A stretch of 64,000 nt of DNA from Azolla caroliniana (Eukaryota > Plantae > Polypodiophyta): assembly GCA_043228905.1 (NCBI GenBank), contig JBHGNT010000017.1, positions 3,472,001 to 3,536,000 on the forward strand. The letters run 5' to 3'. Each line of letters starts with the position of its first letter. The stretch's first letter is position 1. The notes beneath the pieces were generated by a model. It searched no databases, was not told the origin of the DNA, and saw only the letters and a program-made list of their open reading frames with translations. A program made the position numbers and the translations under genes. Below are positions 1-13,400 of this stretch, in pieces.

Positions 1-1975
1 GTATCCCCATGTATGTAGCTTTGTTGGGTTTGATACCCTCTTCAAGCATTTGCTCGAAGAGCATAATGGCATCATTGCTATGACCATGTCTAGCGAACCC
101 GACAATTATTGTTGTCCATGGCACTACATCTTTATTTTGAATTTTGATAAAAATATGGTGTGCATCAATGAGGCTACCAGATTTTGCATACATGTCGATT
201 AGGGCACTCACTATAAAGGTGTCTGTTTCAAGACCATTTTGGATCACATGTGCATGAATCTCTTTGCCGTGATCCATCATTCCTAAGCCAGCACATGCAT
301 TCAAAGTGCACACAAATGTGTATGCACTAGGTGTCAAGCCTTCCCTTTGCATCGCCCAAAATAGCCGCAATACATCATTGCTATGCCCATTTTGAAAGAA
401 CCCCACAATCATTGAGTTCCAGGAAATAACATTGCGATCTGGTAACTTCTTAAAAACATCAAATGCATCCTCAATGCTTCCACATTTTGCATACATATCA
501 ACAATTGCACTACATACGTAATCATCAGATTCGTGACTATTTATGATACAAAATTTATGGATAAACTTTCCTTCATTCAAAGAGGAAAGGCGAGCACATG
601 CATTGAGAAGTCCTGTGACAGTAAGAGAATTTGGTTTAATACCTTCCTCTTGCATAAGATGAAAGAGCCCTAAAGCCTCATTATCACATTCACAATCAAC
701 ATACCCCAAGATCATTGTTTTCCAAGTTGCGACGTCTCGTTTCCGTTGCTGATCAAACACGAACCTCGCCTCTTCGATTGCACCACATTTTATGTACATG
801 TCGAGAATATTATTTAGGACACCAGTATTGGATTTGAAACTGCTTTTCATGATAAAAGCGTGAACTCGCTTACACTTATCAAAGTCTTTAAGGTTGATGC
901 ATGTATTTATCATCATGGTAATAGAGACTATATCTGGCTTTATGATTTGTTGTATCATTTTTTCAACAATTTCAAAGGCATTCTCATGGTGTCCATGTTG
1001 CAAGTAAGCTGATATTATTTCATTCCATGAGATCTCATCTCTCCTTTGCATTTGATCGAAAACTCGACGAGCTTCTTTTACACTTCCACATTTGGCATAC
1101 ATTGCAATTACAACGTTGTTCAAGAGGATATCTGAAGAGAAAATGCTCCTTTTAATGTATTCATGGATGTGCTTACCAAGCTTTAAGCTCCCCATATTAG
1201 CACATACCCTGAGAACACAAACAAATGCTACATTATCCGGCTTAATGTTTGCATCAAGCATGTCCTGGAAAAGTACCAGAGCATCTTCATTCCATCCATG
1301 GCTACTGTACCCAGAGAGAATGGAGGTCCAAGACACGAGGTTTCGCTCCTTCATGCATGCAAACACACTCTTAGCATCAACCAAATCATGGCATTTGCAG
1401 TACATCTTAACCATGGCATTTTGAACCAAAAGTTGTGACTCGTGCCCTTGTTCTACAACACAAAATTGGACCTCTTTCCCATAATCAAGAGCCACTAGGC
1501 CACCACATGCATTGAGTGCATATACAAATCCAGCCAAATCGAGCTTTAAAGTGCTATCCAACATTTCCGAGAACAACACAAGGGCATCTTCATGTTGGTT
1601 GTGATGTGTATATGCTCCCATCAGAACAGAGCAAGAATCAGTGGTCTTATGAGGCATGCTGTTTAGACTATATCTAGCTTCGAGGAAGCTACCACATTTT
1701 GCATACATGGAAATTAGGGTAAACCATGAGTGATTTTTGAGTTTGAAACCATGCTTTAGCATGTGGATGTGAACTTGTTTTCCTTCTGGAAGGGCTTTCA
1801 TCATACAACATGACTGTAGAAGGCGAATATATGTGTTGTCTGGATCCTCCCATGTTTCTGTGCTTCTTAAGGTTCGGATGATGAATGAGAGCCTGTCTTC
1901 TGTATATTGTCTCCTTCGTTTCCTCAGAGATGGATGAAGATGAGGAGAAGATGAAGAAAGCTCGAGAAGACGCAT
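1..1975 (-). CDS. PLS-class pentatricopeptide repeat (PPR) protein, probable organellar RNA editing factor; 3' end lies outside the window
   Basis: Minus-strand frame from ATG 1975 (MRLLELSSSSPHLHPSLRKRRR..., in-frame TAG upstream), same frame at position 1. Repeated PLS motifs such as YIRLLQSC, EGKQVH, LISMYAKCGS, NLVSWTSILSGY, KPDNVAFVCVL. Absent from the ORF track because it has no stop in the window. Confidence 0.93.
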   Translation of the reverse strand, partial: MRLLELSSSSPHLHPSLRKRRRQYTEDRLSFIIRTLRSTETWEDPDNTYIRLLQSCCMMKALPEGKQVHIHMLKHGFKLKNHSWFTLISMYAKCGSFLEARYSLNSMPHKTTDSCSVLMGAYTHHNQHEDALVLFSEMLDSTLKLDLAGFVYALNACGGLVALDYGKEVQFCVVEQGHESQLLVQNAMVKMYCKCHDLVDAKSVFACMKERNLVSWTSILSGYSSHGWNEDALVLFQDMLDANIKPDNVAFVCVLRVCANMGSLKLGKHIHEYIKRSIFSSDILLNNVVIAMYAKCGSVKEARRVFDQMQRRDEISWNEIISAYLQHGHHENAFEIVEKMIQQIIKPDIVSITMMINTCINLKDFDKCKRVHAFIMKSSFKSNTGVLNNILDMYIKCGAIEEARFVFDQQRKRDVATWKTMILGYVDCECDNEALGLFHLMQEEGIKPNSLTVTGLLNACARLSSLNEGKFIHKFCIINSHESDDYVCSAIVDMYAKCGSIEDAFDVFKKLPDRNVISWNSMIVGFFQNGHSNDVLRLFWAMQREGLTPSAYTFVCTLNACAGLGMMDHGKEIHAHVIQNGLETDTFIVSALIDMYAKSGSLIDAHHIFIKIQNKDVVPWTTIIVGFARHGHSNDAIMLFEQMLEEGIKPNKATYMGI

Positions 1976-2272
1976 AAAACCTGAATCCCGGAGAGGTAGA
2001 TTCACACCATCCTAAATCTCGCATGGATATATGCAGCGAATAACAGAGAATGAGAGGGGTATTGGTATAATTTGCATGAGGTTTAAGTAAATTACATAAT
2101 TGCCCTTTCATTAGCATGCTCTTGTTGCCATGGTATCATAGTCCATGGAACCCTTATTGAGTGCCATGATTTGGCAGTTAGTTGTTAAGAATTGAGTGCT
2201 TGAATATGGATGTCCAAGAATTTTAGTTGTGAAACATTGCGATGGAGAATGCACATTACAACAATGAGAGGA

Positions 2273-2273
<1 letters not shown>

Positions 2274-2314
<41 letters not shown>
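2274..2314. repeat. (GT)n microsatellite
   Basis: About 20 perfect TG units. Confidence 0.95.
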
Positions 2315-2316
<2 letters not shown>

Positions 2317-3261
2317 TGACATTATTTACTTAGAAAGAGAGAGAAATAATTTGATTTTATTATCGTCTTCTAAGGTCAATTAATATGTCGTATGAGACAA
2401 AAAGTAGAACATTTCCACATAATACATATGAAATTGAGCAGCGACTCTCGATCTTCAAGAACTTTACTAATGAATGTCACAATCGAGGGTGTATATTGTG
2501 ATTGTGAGAGAATTTTGTTGGAGGATTGGGTTTGGTCCAAAATGTGTGGAAAGCATAGTCATACAGAACAATTATCCACAAATCATGACACTTGGATTGA
2601 CATGAAAATTAAATTAAATTGTATGGCAACATTTAGATTGGTAATTATGCAAATGTTATTGTAGGCCATACAAATAGATCGTGGCATGTAAAACCATGTG
2701 AATAAGGTGTGTCATATAGTTCATATTTGATGACAAATTGTCACCCATGTTCTCGAACCGATGGAAGATTAATCGTGGAAAGCTTGGGTATTTGAGAATA
2801 TCAACCACATCCATCATACATTGATCGAAGACAATGATGGGTTGGTGGTGGGTTTGTTACTTACAAAGGACATCATCCAATGTGTGATGACAATGTTGAG
2901 TGTTGGATGCAAAACGACAATGTTTCTTTTGTGAGTCATAGTAAGCTTGGGTTGCTTTTACTGGCGGCTTTAAAACACGAAAAACATATGAGATGGGGCA
3001 GGTTTTCTCTATACAACCGATCGAGGACGACGATATACACATATGCATTACATGCCTAGTTCTTAAAGACATCATGGTTTGTTTTATATCTCCGATTTGA
3101 ACATTATTAAGTGGGATAATTCGGTCACCCTTATTGCTCCGAGGAGCCGAAAGACTGCCCTTCCCAACATACAAGGTAATGTTTGACTGCCTTGGGTTCT
3201 ATGGTGGTAGAAATTAGGATTAGAGTATGAGAAATGATGAGTAACAATAATATATACTAGT

Positions 3262-3712
3262 AGAAATACAAATACAAATAAAAAAGAAAACAAATGAAAA
3301 TGGGAAAAATAAAAATAAAAAAAGTAAGAAAAATAAGAAAAATATAAAAAACAAAATAAATATAAAAGTAAAAAACAAAACAAAAAACAAAAACAAAAAT
3401 ACAAAAATACAAAAATACAAAAATACAAAAAATACAAAAATACAAAAATACAAAAAAGAAAAAAAATACAAAAATACAAAAATACAAAAATACAAAAAAT
3501 ACAAAAAAAAGAAAAAAAAGAAAAAAAGAAAAATACAACAAAAATACAAAGATACAAAAATAAAAATAAAAACAAAAATACAAAAATAAAAGAAAATGAA
3601 AAGGGGAAAAATTAAAATAAAAAATGTAAGAAAAAGAAAAGAAAAGAAAAGAAAAGCTAAGAAAATAAGAAACAAAATAAGAAAAAATAACAACAAAAAA
3701 TAAATAAATAAT
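3262..3712. repeat. A-rich low-complexity tract with (TACAAAAA)n / (TACAAAAAA)n minisatellite core
   Basis: Direct reading; explains the Phe/Leu/Cys-rich spurious minus-strand ORFs. Confidence 0.9.
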
Positions 3713-3761
3713 GGTAATAGGGCTATTACATAGTAGTAGCAGTAATAATAATAACCTCCGA

Positions 3762-3770
3762 AAACCCTAA
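3762..3770 (+). promoter_or_regulatory. Telo-box (AAACCCTAA) upstream of the ribosomal protein gene
   Basis: Exact telo-box 45 nt before ATG 3815; such boxes are typical of plant translation-machinery promoters and 5'UTRs. Confidence 0.6.
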
Positions 3771-3814
3771 TCACCATCTGTGTAAACGTCTTTCTGCAAA
3801 TCGAAGCTCCCGCG

Positions 3815-4354
3815 ATGGCGAGCCCAGGGTTTAGCAAGCTAAGATCGGCACTGCTGCCATCGCATTCCCAAGTGAATCAGAGGAGAAGCAGCACCGTCTT
3901 CTTCTTCTTCTTCTCCCATCAGCACTCAAGGTCCTTCGCAGCAGCAGCAGCAGCAGGAAGCGAAGCACAGGGCGAAGAAACGGCCAAGAAGAAGCGGCGG
4001 AGCAAGAAGAAGAACTTCATCGAGGTGGCCCAGTTCCTCCCGAACTGGGGGGTCGGAGCTAAGTTCACGAAATCGCACTGGCCCGAAGGCAACTTTTACA
4101 GAGTCACGAACGTTAAGCTCTACAAGAGCGGACGCCATGGCGCTGCCTGGGGCATCTTTCATCAGTCTGAAGCCCCCAAGACAGACGAAGCTCAGAAGAT
4201 CGGTGGCGTTAACAAGCGTTGCTGGCGCTACGTCCCTGAAGGGGCCCAAACGGCATGGAAACACATCGTTTCATTCAGCCCCGTTCCCTCTCCCGCAGTT
4301 TCTTCATCTTCTTCTGCGCCTGATACTCCTGCTTCTGAAGTGTCCGCAAGCTGA
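3815..4354 (+). CDS. MRPS34: Mitochondrial small-subunit ribosomal protein mS34 (28S ribosomal S34-like), intronless CDS, 179 aa
   Basis: Ser/Arg-rich presequence-like N-terminus, then KKNFIEVAQFLPNWGVGAKFTKSHW...YRVTNVKLYKSGRHGAAWG...KIGGVNKRCWRY, which I recognise as the plant mS34 core. Confidence 0.85.
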   Translation: MASPGFSKLRSALLPSHSQVNQRRSSTVFFFFFSHQHSRSFAAAAAAGSEAQGEETAKKKRRSKKKNFIEVAQFLPNWGVGAKFTKSHWPEGNFYRVTNVKLYKSGRHGAAWGIFHQSEAPKTDEAQKIGGVNKRCWRYVPEGAQTAWKHIVSFSPVPSPAVSSSSSAPDTPASEVSAS

Positions 4355-6448
4355 ACGGTGTCCGTTCTCCAGGTTTTTTCTGGTGTGTTTGTTTTCTTCT
4401 ACATTTAGAAACGAAACAAAAGAATCGTGTGCAGAAGAGGCATTCTTTTGCTTTGAATGTGATAGGAAGTCTTAGAATTGACATATCTGATTGCGTGAGC
4501 AACATCTGAGGCATTCTACCCTAGTTGAAATCATGAAACATGTCATCTTGGTTACGTTTGGTTACGTTATTACTGCGTTGAGATCAGTCAGGTCTGCTGA
4601 AGTACCTACCCCCTTTTTAATAAAGAAAAGGAATGACCTTCGGATTGGCCTTTGTTGCAATAACTAATATAGACTTAAACGCTTAGTTTTTCTTGATTAT
4701 AATATGTGTACTATTGTCATACTTACTCTAGTGAACATCCTGTAAAATGTCATCTGAGGCCAAAATTAATATGATATAGCTTTCTCTGGTCTCTGTAATA
4801 CGTCTCACACGTTAAAAATCTTACAAATGTCGTCTTGATCTGTTTTGAGATGGGAATTCGGGATGCTAAAGTTGAAGGCTGGTAGTAAGTAGGTGTTTCA
4901 TATTTCCGTTGACTTGTCATGCAAGATCTAGTGTTGATTTGGGCCGGAGATGTTTTCTACTCCTGGAACTGACACATAAATTGCCATTTTTAACATAGTT
5001 CTTCAGCCTTTAGAGAAACTAAAACACATTTCAGAATGTGGATATTATTCTATTGGATTTTTTTGAGAAAGTCTTCTCATGTTTAAAGATCTTGAAGGTT
5101 AAAGTTGAAAATGTGTGATACCTACTACCTACTTCAATCCATTATGTCTATATTCATATTATGAAATACTGGTATCTGTTTGATTTAATTCTTACCCTAT
5201 ATTTTATGGTCTATGGTTTAGTTGAGAAGTCCAAATTTGAATCCTGATTTCTTCTCTAGTACCATGTTGGAAACTGTTCTGGAATTTTGGTTTCAGGAAT
5301 TCAAATTCCCTATTTAGCAACGGTCTTAGTCTTCCTCTCCTCACTGCTGATTTCATTGAGCAGTCCAATCTTCTAAGCAAATGTATAGAATTTAAACTTC
5401 AAACGTGTTATAGATGGTTGCATCTTTATTATGTAGAATTTAGATGCCAAGTGTGTTACAGATGGTCTCTTTGTTTAATTATCATTCAAAACTTGAAGGC
5501 GAGTACTGTTGAAGTCTACTGGACTTCTTTTGTTATCTTTTTATTTGGGCTGTTAATAAGTTTTTGTTGCTGTATGTGAAATCCTACATTGGTTGCATCT
5601 TGATTGTGATTTATCAGGGTATATTGCTAATGGATATCCGGATGGTATGGAAATGTTTGATACCTTCAGCTGTTCATGTGAATTTTCACAGTTAGCTTTG
5701 TGCATTAGTATGTTGTAAATTGCCATACAAAAGCTGCTCAACCTGCACAAGAAAAACACTAGTTAATATAATTTTTTCACGCAGCTTTTTCTTGCATGTA
5801 GTTTTCTCTCACACTTCTACTAATGTGAAATTGATCTATTGGGATGTTAATGTATCTTCAAATCTGCCAGTGGGGAAGCAACTCATTCAGAATGTGGACA
5901 TGGATGATTATCTAGAAGGATATTTTATTGTTTTAGCAAGTACCCCCCTGATTAAATTGATCCAAAACTCCAAGTAGGGTTTTGACCTAATTAATACAAA
6001 GTCAATGTTTGCACTAACTATGTTCCTAAATTTCCTTGAAGAAAATTCCTTACCAAATCAAGAAAGCTGCCTGCAATAATTGGTTTTTAGAGAGTTGTTT
6101 TCCTATTAGAATGTAGGGTGACATTGATACTAGTTGAATTTTATTAATTTGGAAATTGATATGTGACACATTACAGCTAATGACTAAATGTTTCTTGAAT
6201 ATATAGTGAACAATTAATCTTTCCTTGAAAAAGAGCACATGATATTTGTAGTCCTTGATAATTCTTTGCTTAAACCCAAAACCGACTCTATATAGATGAC
6301 AAGATTCTTTAGTCATGTCTTATTCTATTTCTATCTACTTTTCTCTTTAGTTACATTTATATTAGTTTAGGGTTTAGACAACATATTAAGTCCTAATCCC
6401 TTGTTTGCTCTAATAGGCCATTTAATTCATGGCAATATGCATTTTATT

Positions 6449-9400
6449 TATTTATTTATTTATTCCAAAAAAGAATATATTCCATTAGTTAAAATATACT
6501 CTCGATCCCTTTCTTGGGTAGGCAATGCCAAGACTATCCTATCCTACATAAGAGATCTCGCTTATTTATCTTTCACTTTCACATATGTCTCTAACCATCC
6601 TTTCATACACATCACCTACATTCACTATCCTACATGCCATGTCTCTCATGCCCCTCGTTCAACTATTGTGAGGGGGGAATAACCATTTGGGTACTTCATA
6701 CTTTCATAGTATATCTATTCCATTTGCTAAGGCCATCGGTGTAGTACACTATCGCTTTCGAAAATTCAGCCTCATTAGTTCTACAGTATCATTAGTGCCA
6801 TCAATCCGCTCATATGTCTCTTAGTGTAGCAGTTTCACATATGTCTCTAGCCATCCTTTCATACACATCACCTACATTCACTATCCCACATGCCATGTCT
6901 TTCATGCCCCTCGTTCAACTATTGTGAGGGGGGGACAACGATCTAGGTACTTCATACTTCCATAGTATATCCATTCCATTTGTTGTGGTCATCGGTGTAG
7001 TACACCATCGCTGTCGAAAATTCAGCTTTGTTAGTTTTGCAGCATCATTAGTACCATCAATTTGCTCATATTGAGCTCTTAGTGTAGTTATTAATGTGTG
7101 CCAGATTAGCTTAATCGATTCAGTTGGAGGGCGTTTGTGTGCTAAAAATACCTTGGTACACCTTGCTGTCCATATACACCATATAGTAATGGGGGCAAGC
7201 AACGTCCAAAGATCTCCAAGTTTTGATTCTATGCACAAGCTGTAGATAACCTGTTATCAGTGACCAATCGAACAATGCCATTCTCCCCTTTGTACTGAGC
7301 ATCGCATGTGCTATCGTATTTTGTTGCATCATCCTCAAGACAAATCTAACAAGCATGTCCCCAATTGAGGGTGAATGAACTAGAGGCATGGCAAAGCAAA
7401 CGTGTTCTTGTTCTAGAATAATTTGCCTCCCAATCTTCTTGTTATACCAAAAAAATTGAACCAGCTTTTCCCCATCAGTTCGTCCTTGAGTTCTCCAAAA
7501 ATATATCATTGGGTCCCATGATAACTGATCCAAATGCTCTTCTATAGGCCAACACATTGTCGCCGTTGTGATCTCCCTTGGATTAGGGTCAATAATCATA
7601 TTCTTGCCATTTTTTGCGATCAGCCTAATCGGCCTTTCTCTTTGAAATGCTGTTTGCTCAACTCTTACCATTCCGTGCTCTAGTTTGTAGTAGCATACCT
7701 CATTTGAATCTACTTTCATTCCCTTAATGCCAATTAAACAATTCTCAGCATCTATAAGTCCTGTCCACACAATTTCAGAGGTTGTTACTTCTTCCTCTTC
7801 CAAGGTATTCCTGTAGCATGCAATGGCATATGTAATTCTCTTGAGCATGCCTTTACCCATGCTTATTCTCCATATTCTAGCCTTTTGAGTGCCCACCTCA
7901 TTGGACAAAAACCTCTCCCACTCCACTAATGCATTCCCTTTTGCATTGATTAACTCTGCCCATTTGAAACCTGCTTTTTGTCCTATCATCAACCCATCCA
8001 CATCTCTAACCAATGGGTTCCACATAATTGGCATGTACATCCGCGCATATGCATCATTTCTCCACATACATGTGATCCCCTTTCTGATTTCTTACCGTGC
8101 TTTCATAATTCCAATGGCACAAAGACTCTACATGCTTCCCCAATATTTATGTCTCATTTCTGGCACAAAGCCCCAAAATGGGTTGCTTCGCCAACGTCCA
8201 CCTTGTCTCGGCAACCACATCTTCCATCTACGTCGCCATAGAACTTTCCAAGGTGCCTCAAGAGGTTGTAGGCTCCTGACCACTAGTTTGCCTAGCAAGG
8301 CCTTCGTTTGCACCATGGGATCTATCAATCCCACCCCCCTTGCAGTTTTCCTTTTTATAAGCATGGTCCAAGCAACCTTTGCACATGCTTGTTTTTCCTT
8401 CGTGCCCCTCCATAAGAAATTTCCGATAATCCTTTTTATCAATTTTATCAACTTGGGCACGATTATCCAGCATGCAACAATATGCCATATAGTGGCCATT
8501 ACACTCTGATTTGCAATCACAATCTTGCCCACAAAGGATAGTTTTCTTGCATTCCATCATATTAGCTTCGCTTTTATTTTGTCCACTAGTAGATTGTAGT
8601 GTTCTACTCGATCGATGTCCATACCAATTTTGAAGCCCAAGTATCTAGTAGCTTCTCGTTTCCTCAACCATCTAAAATTGGGGTTAGGGACCCAATTTAA
8701 CAAGGGCTTATTATTGATCCAAATGCCCATTGATTTATTCCAATTTATTTTAGCATTCGATCCCCTACAAAACTCATTAATTGCATTCTGCAATCTACCC
8801 AAGTTGTGTGCATCACCCTTGACATAGGTCATTGTGTCATCAACATATGTCATATCAAGCACCATACCTTCATCAACGGGCAAGGTAAGGTCTTGTATTT
8901 GCCAAGATCTATCATCAATTTGATAATGCAAAGCTTCTGCTGCAATGATGTATAAGTATGGGGCCAATGGGCATCCTTGGCGTACCGAACGTAGCATCTT
9001 AAAGCTCTTCCCCATACGTCCAGCCATTAACACCTGTCTGGATGCACATATGTAAAAGGCACCCATTCCAAGGATCCATTGTTGTTCAAAGCCTAGGGCT
9101 GCCATCATTGCTTCTAGGAAATCCCATGAAATCCTGTCATATGCTTTTTTGAAGTCGAGTAGCATTACTGCTAGGTCCACTTCTTGCTCCTCCGCCCATG
9201 CTAAGTATTCCCAGAATGTTATCACATTGTCAACAATGCTCCGGTTTTCCAGGAAGCCAGTTTGCGTTGTACGTATAATGTCCCCAAGTACCATTTTCAA
9301 TCTCTTACTTACGACTTTGGCCATTATCTTATAAGCATTGGTGAGAATCATCAATGGTCGCCAATTATCAAGCGTTTAGGTCTTTACCAACCTTGGGTAT

Positions 9401-10497
9401 TAAATTAATCATGCCTCTACACATTGTTGTGGGCATTAATCCTTCTACCATAATGTATTGCATCCTTGCCAACATGTCATCCTTAATTAAATCCCAATAT
9501 TTGATGTAAAAGTATATAGGAAGTCCATCAATTCCTGCACAACTTTCTTTGTTCATATCCCCAATAACATCCCACAATTCATGCATACCTATAGGGGTAT
9601 TTAGTAAGTCCATCATTTGAGCCGTAACTTTCCTTGGTATCCTAATTATTATATTACTAAAGGCAACCTGATCAGTTAGTTCCTCATTGCATACATTTAG
9701 TAGTTGAGTATAATAGCTTGTGGCTATTTCAAGCATTTCCTCTTTGCATGTGATCGTTGTGCCATCTGTCTTTTTTAAGCATGAAGTTTGAATCCCGGAT
9801 CCTTTGCATTTAACAGCTTAAAAAAATCCTTTAGTAACCCAATCTCCTACCCTCATGCAGCTTGCTGCCTTACTTCGATAGGCATAGGTGCTCCTAAGTT
9901 TTTGGTACATCTCTAATTTGTTTTTGGCCTCCTCTAATCGAGCCTCAATCCATACATTATGTGTGTATACTTCTCTTAGTCATTACATAGAAGCGAGTGA
10001 CCATTGCATTCTCTGCATTTTCTCCCTTATCTCTTTTCTAATTTCAATTGCTTTTTGTTGAAAAAACCCTGCACATGCCTCAAGTTTCCCAACCAGCCTA
10101 TGAGTAGGGTCAAGGTACCTCCATTTGATATTAGACCATATTTTTTGTATATCATTGGTCCATTTAGTATCCATGACCAATTCCTTGCACACTTTCACAT
10201 TATGTAGTTTGCATCGATTGTTTTCTTGTATGTGCAACAGAACTGGGGGATGATCAGAGAACATTGTACTCGGACAAATAATGCATCTGCCTTTCCAATC
10301 CATGAGTTGAGGGTCCAAATACCATCTGGTAAGCCTGGACATCATCCTCCCATGCACACTTCCTCCTACTCTAGAGTATCGAAGATATTTTTCTTTTTGC
10401 ATTTGAAAGTTAGGTGCATTCCAACAGTCTATCACATTATATGCTAAACAAAACTTATCCCATGCATACTTCTTCGCCCCCTGCACCATATAGCACA
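6449..10497 (-). mobile_element. L1-clade LINE A, 5'-truncated inside the endonuclease domain, degenerate
   Basis: Frameshifted ORF2 pieces: APE end (SRLTR...SDHPPV, 9983-10498), RT (LLDFKKAYDRISW, VRQGCPLAPYLY, YVDD, YLGF; 8557-9736), C-terminus to 6915. (AATA)n tail at ~6449-6462. Candidate TSD ATGCATT(T/C)TATT at 6437-6448 and 10498-10509. Confidence 0.9.
6577..7089. repeat. 256-bp tandem duplication of the ORF2 end / 3'UTR of LINE A
   Basis: TTTCACATATGTCTCTA... starts at 6577 and again at 6833; the two copies align along their length with scattered substitutions. Confidence 0.9.
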
Positions 10498-13400
10498 ATG
10501 CATTCTATTATGTTTAGCATGTAGTATCTTGATAGTTTATTGTTAATTTCTTTTTCCAAAAAAAACTCCTTCCATTAGTTATAAAATTTTACATATGAGA
10601 TTAATATATACAAATCCCTATAGGGACACGATAGGTCCATCTTATGTGGATGCCCACCGACTCAATAAAGGGGGAGGTCAACCATTGCTGGATGAAGGCT
10701 AGTCGGTATCTTTCAACTCCATCGAAGTCGCCCTTGAGGCCATCATATTGGCTTTTTAGAGTGGCTACAACTTCACTCCATATCTCTTGCATTAACACTA
10801 TTGGTTGCGCAGTTTGGTGGGAGAAGACCCGTCTACACCGTTGTTTCCATAGAGTCCAAAGAGTTATTGGGCTGACCAATTCCAACACCACTTGAGATTT
10901 GGCATTGATAGGAGTTGAGTGGACATTGTCGATGGTGGAGAAAAAACCTCTTGTGCTTTTATCACCAAAACAATCCCCTCCTCTTAATGCTCGTATCTGT
11001 CAATTGGGGCCTGCCATGATAGCCAACATATATTGGCCCACTTAATGAAGCCTTGCACCTGACATAATTGCAATAGGCGGGGGTTGCAATAATTGCAACC
11101 CCCTGCCATATTCGATGGGACTCTGGGCAGTCCCACAAAGCGTGTCGGATTGATTCTAGTGCATTTGGGCACGCTACACAATTAGGAGAGCTAAGGTACC
11201 CACATTGCCATGCACCAACCGGTAGTGACCTATGTATTAATAGCCATTGGAAGGTGGTGATTCGTCGTGCGTGTTGTTTCCAGATTTTTTTCCAAAACTT
11301 GGTGATAATTGTATGAGGAACATGATATGTGTGCCAAACCTTTGTAGCAGCCGGCTCTCGAGCGGTTTGAGCAGCTAGAATATGGCGACCCAATCTAGTT
11401 GTGAATTGGAAGAAAGGGATGAGTTTGCTTCCTTGCCCCGCGTAAAGATCATGCCATGTCCATTGCAAAGGGTCCCAACTAATCTTACGTAGCCATGTGT
11501 TTTCGTGAGTACATATGTGCCAATCTGGTTGTACTTTGATAGGATCAAGATCTACAATCCATTTATGCCCAATATATGTTAGTACTCGAATTGCCTTATT
11601 CCGTGTTGGTGTCTCATTGTCTTACAATTCAGAGCTTGCAATCCTGTCTAGTGTTTCCCTACCTCTTGGGAGCAAAGAGCCCTCCTCCTCGTAGCCTATC
11701 CATTCCTCTATTGTCATCCTTAGATTAGTACCTTCCCTAATCAGTAAAGCGTTAATTATTTCAGATCTCATCGCCCATCCGCCCCTGATTCCATGAAGTA
11801 TGTTGGCTTGGTCTTGTATTGGCAATGACATAAACCGTCTCCAACATTCTATACTTTTTCCTGGACCTTCCGCAATGTATCCCCATGATAACCCCTTACT
11901 TGATCCAATTAGTTGATTAGATTCATCTCTGATACATGGGTTCCATAGGATACGTTAACTGAGCCAAGCAGGTTCAGAGTTAGGTTAATCGCACTTGAGC
12001 CCTCGTCTAATGTCACACCATGCCTTCCACATGGATGCATTGAATCTATCCTCGAATTGGCAGGAGAAACTAGGTTTGAGCTCCATGTTTAGAATCCATC
12101 CAATTTGGGGGTCCCAATTGGCCCCCTTTTTTGGCTTAAAGTAAGCGAAACGTAACTGCAACAACATTTTCCAGCAATCATTCCTAGTTGGATTCCTCAC
12201 ACCACAAATTTGGCGAGTAGGGCTTTTGATTGTGAGAGGGGATCAATAAGACCCAATCCTCCTCTCAACTTACGTGATGTGAGTATAGGCCACGCCACCT
12301 TGGCCCAAGTTGCATGATCTTCATTACCAGACCAAATGTAGTTGTGTATCAATCCCTGAATCTGGTGTATACTTTCCTTGGAAATTTTCAAACATGATAG
12401 GTTGTACCATGTTGTTGCGAGTAATATCTAATTTGCCACTATGATGCGCCCCGCTAGCGAGAGTTTTTTCGAACTCCAATGTATCAACTTTTGTCGAATG
12501 GAGTGAATAACTAGTACAATTATAGTCTCCTGAGGTATGTTGAACCCAATTTGGAAACCCAAGTATTTGGTGCTCACTCCTTGATTGATCCACTTGAACG
12601 CGGGATGGGGGTGCCATGCAGGATGGGCTTCAGGAGAAAGCCATATTGCACAAGATTTGTGCCAATTGATTATGGCATTGGATCTCTTGCAAAATATGTC
12701 TAAACCACTTTCTAGCTTTTGTAGATTTTCCAAGTCCCCTTGTAGGTGGACTATGGTGTCATCTGCGAATTCTATATCCAAGAGGCTTTGGTGAGAATGC
12801 GGCACACAAAGACCACATAGGTTTAGTTGTCGTGAGTGGTTCGGCGTAGAATAGAAATAAGGATGGAGTCGGTGGGCATCCCTGTCATACAGACCGCGAT
12901 AGTTGGAAGAAGGGGCTCCTTTCACCTGGTAATGAAACACAATTGTTGTTGTTCCTATAAAGTCCTGTAATGCCTTGGATCCATAACTCTTGAAAGCCGA
13001 GTTTCCCCATCACACTTTCTAGAAAGTTCCAGCATACCCTGTCAAATGCTTTCTCAAAATCTAGGAGCACCGTTGTTGGTACGCTTGGCAAGGGCTATTG
13101 CTTCCCAAAACGAGAAAAGGTCATCTAGGATGCTCCGATTTCTAACGAAACCTGTCTGGGACAGATGAATGAGTTGAGGGAGAAGTGGTGCTAAGCGGTG
13201 TGCCACGGTTTTTGCAAGCAACTTATAAACAATATTGAGAAGAGTGATGGGCCACCACTTACTAATGTTGTTGGCACTCCCACCACTTTTAGGAATGAGA
13301 TGTATCATCCCTTGTCCAAATTCCTCTAGCATGTTTCCAAAGGTGATGATCTCCTCATATGCCTGGAGGAGGTCTTCCTTAATAGTGTCCCATAGGCACG

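Noticed and set aside
1689-2117. 142-aa minus-strand ORF
   Set aside because: Out-of-frame overlap with the PPR start and no motifs; at most an overlapping uORF if transcription starts that far upstream.
3084-3837. Three Phe/Leu/Cys-rich minus-strand ORFs resembling membrane proteins
   Set aside because: Translation artefacts of the A-rich low-complexity tract.
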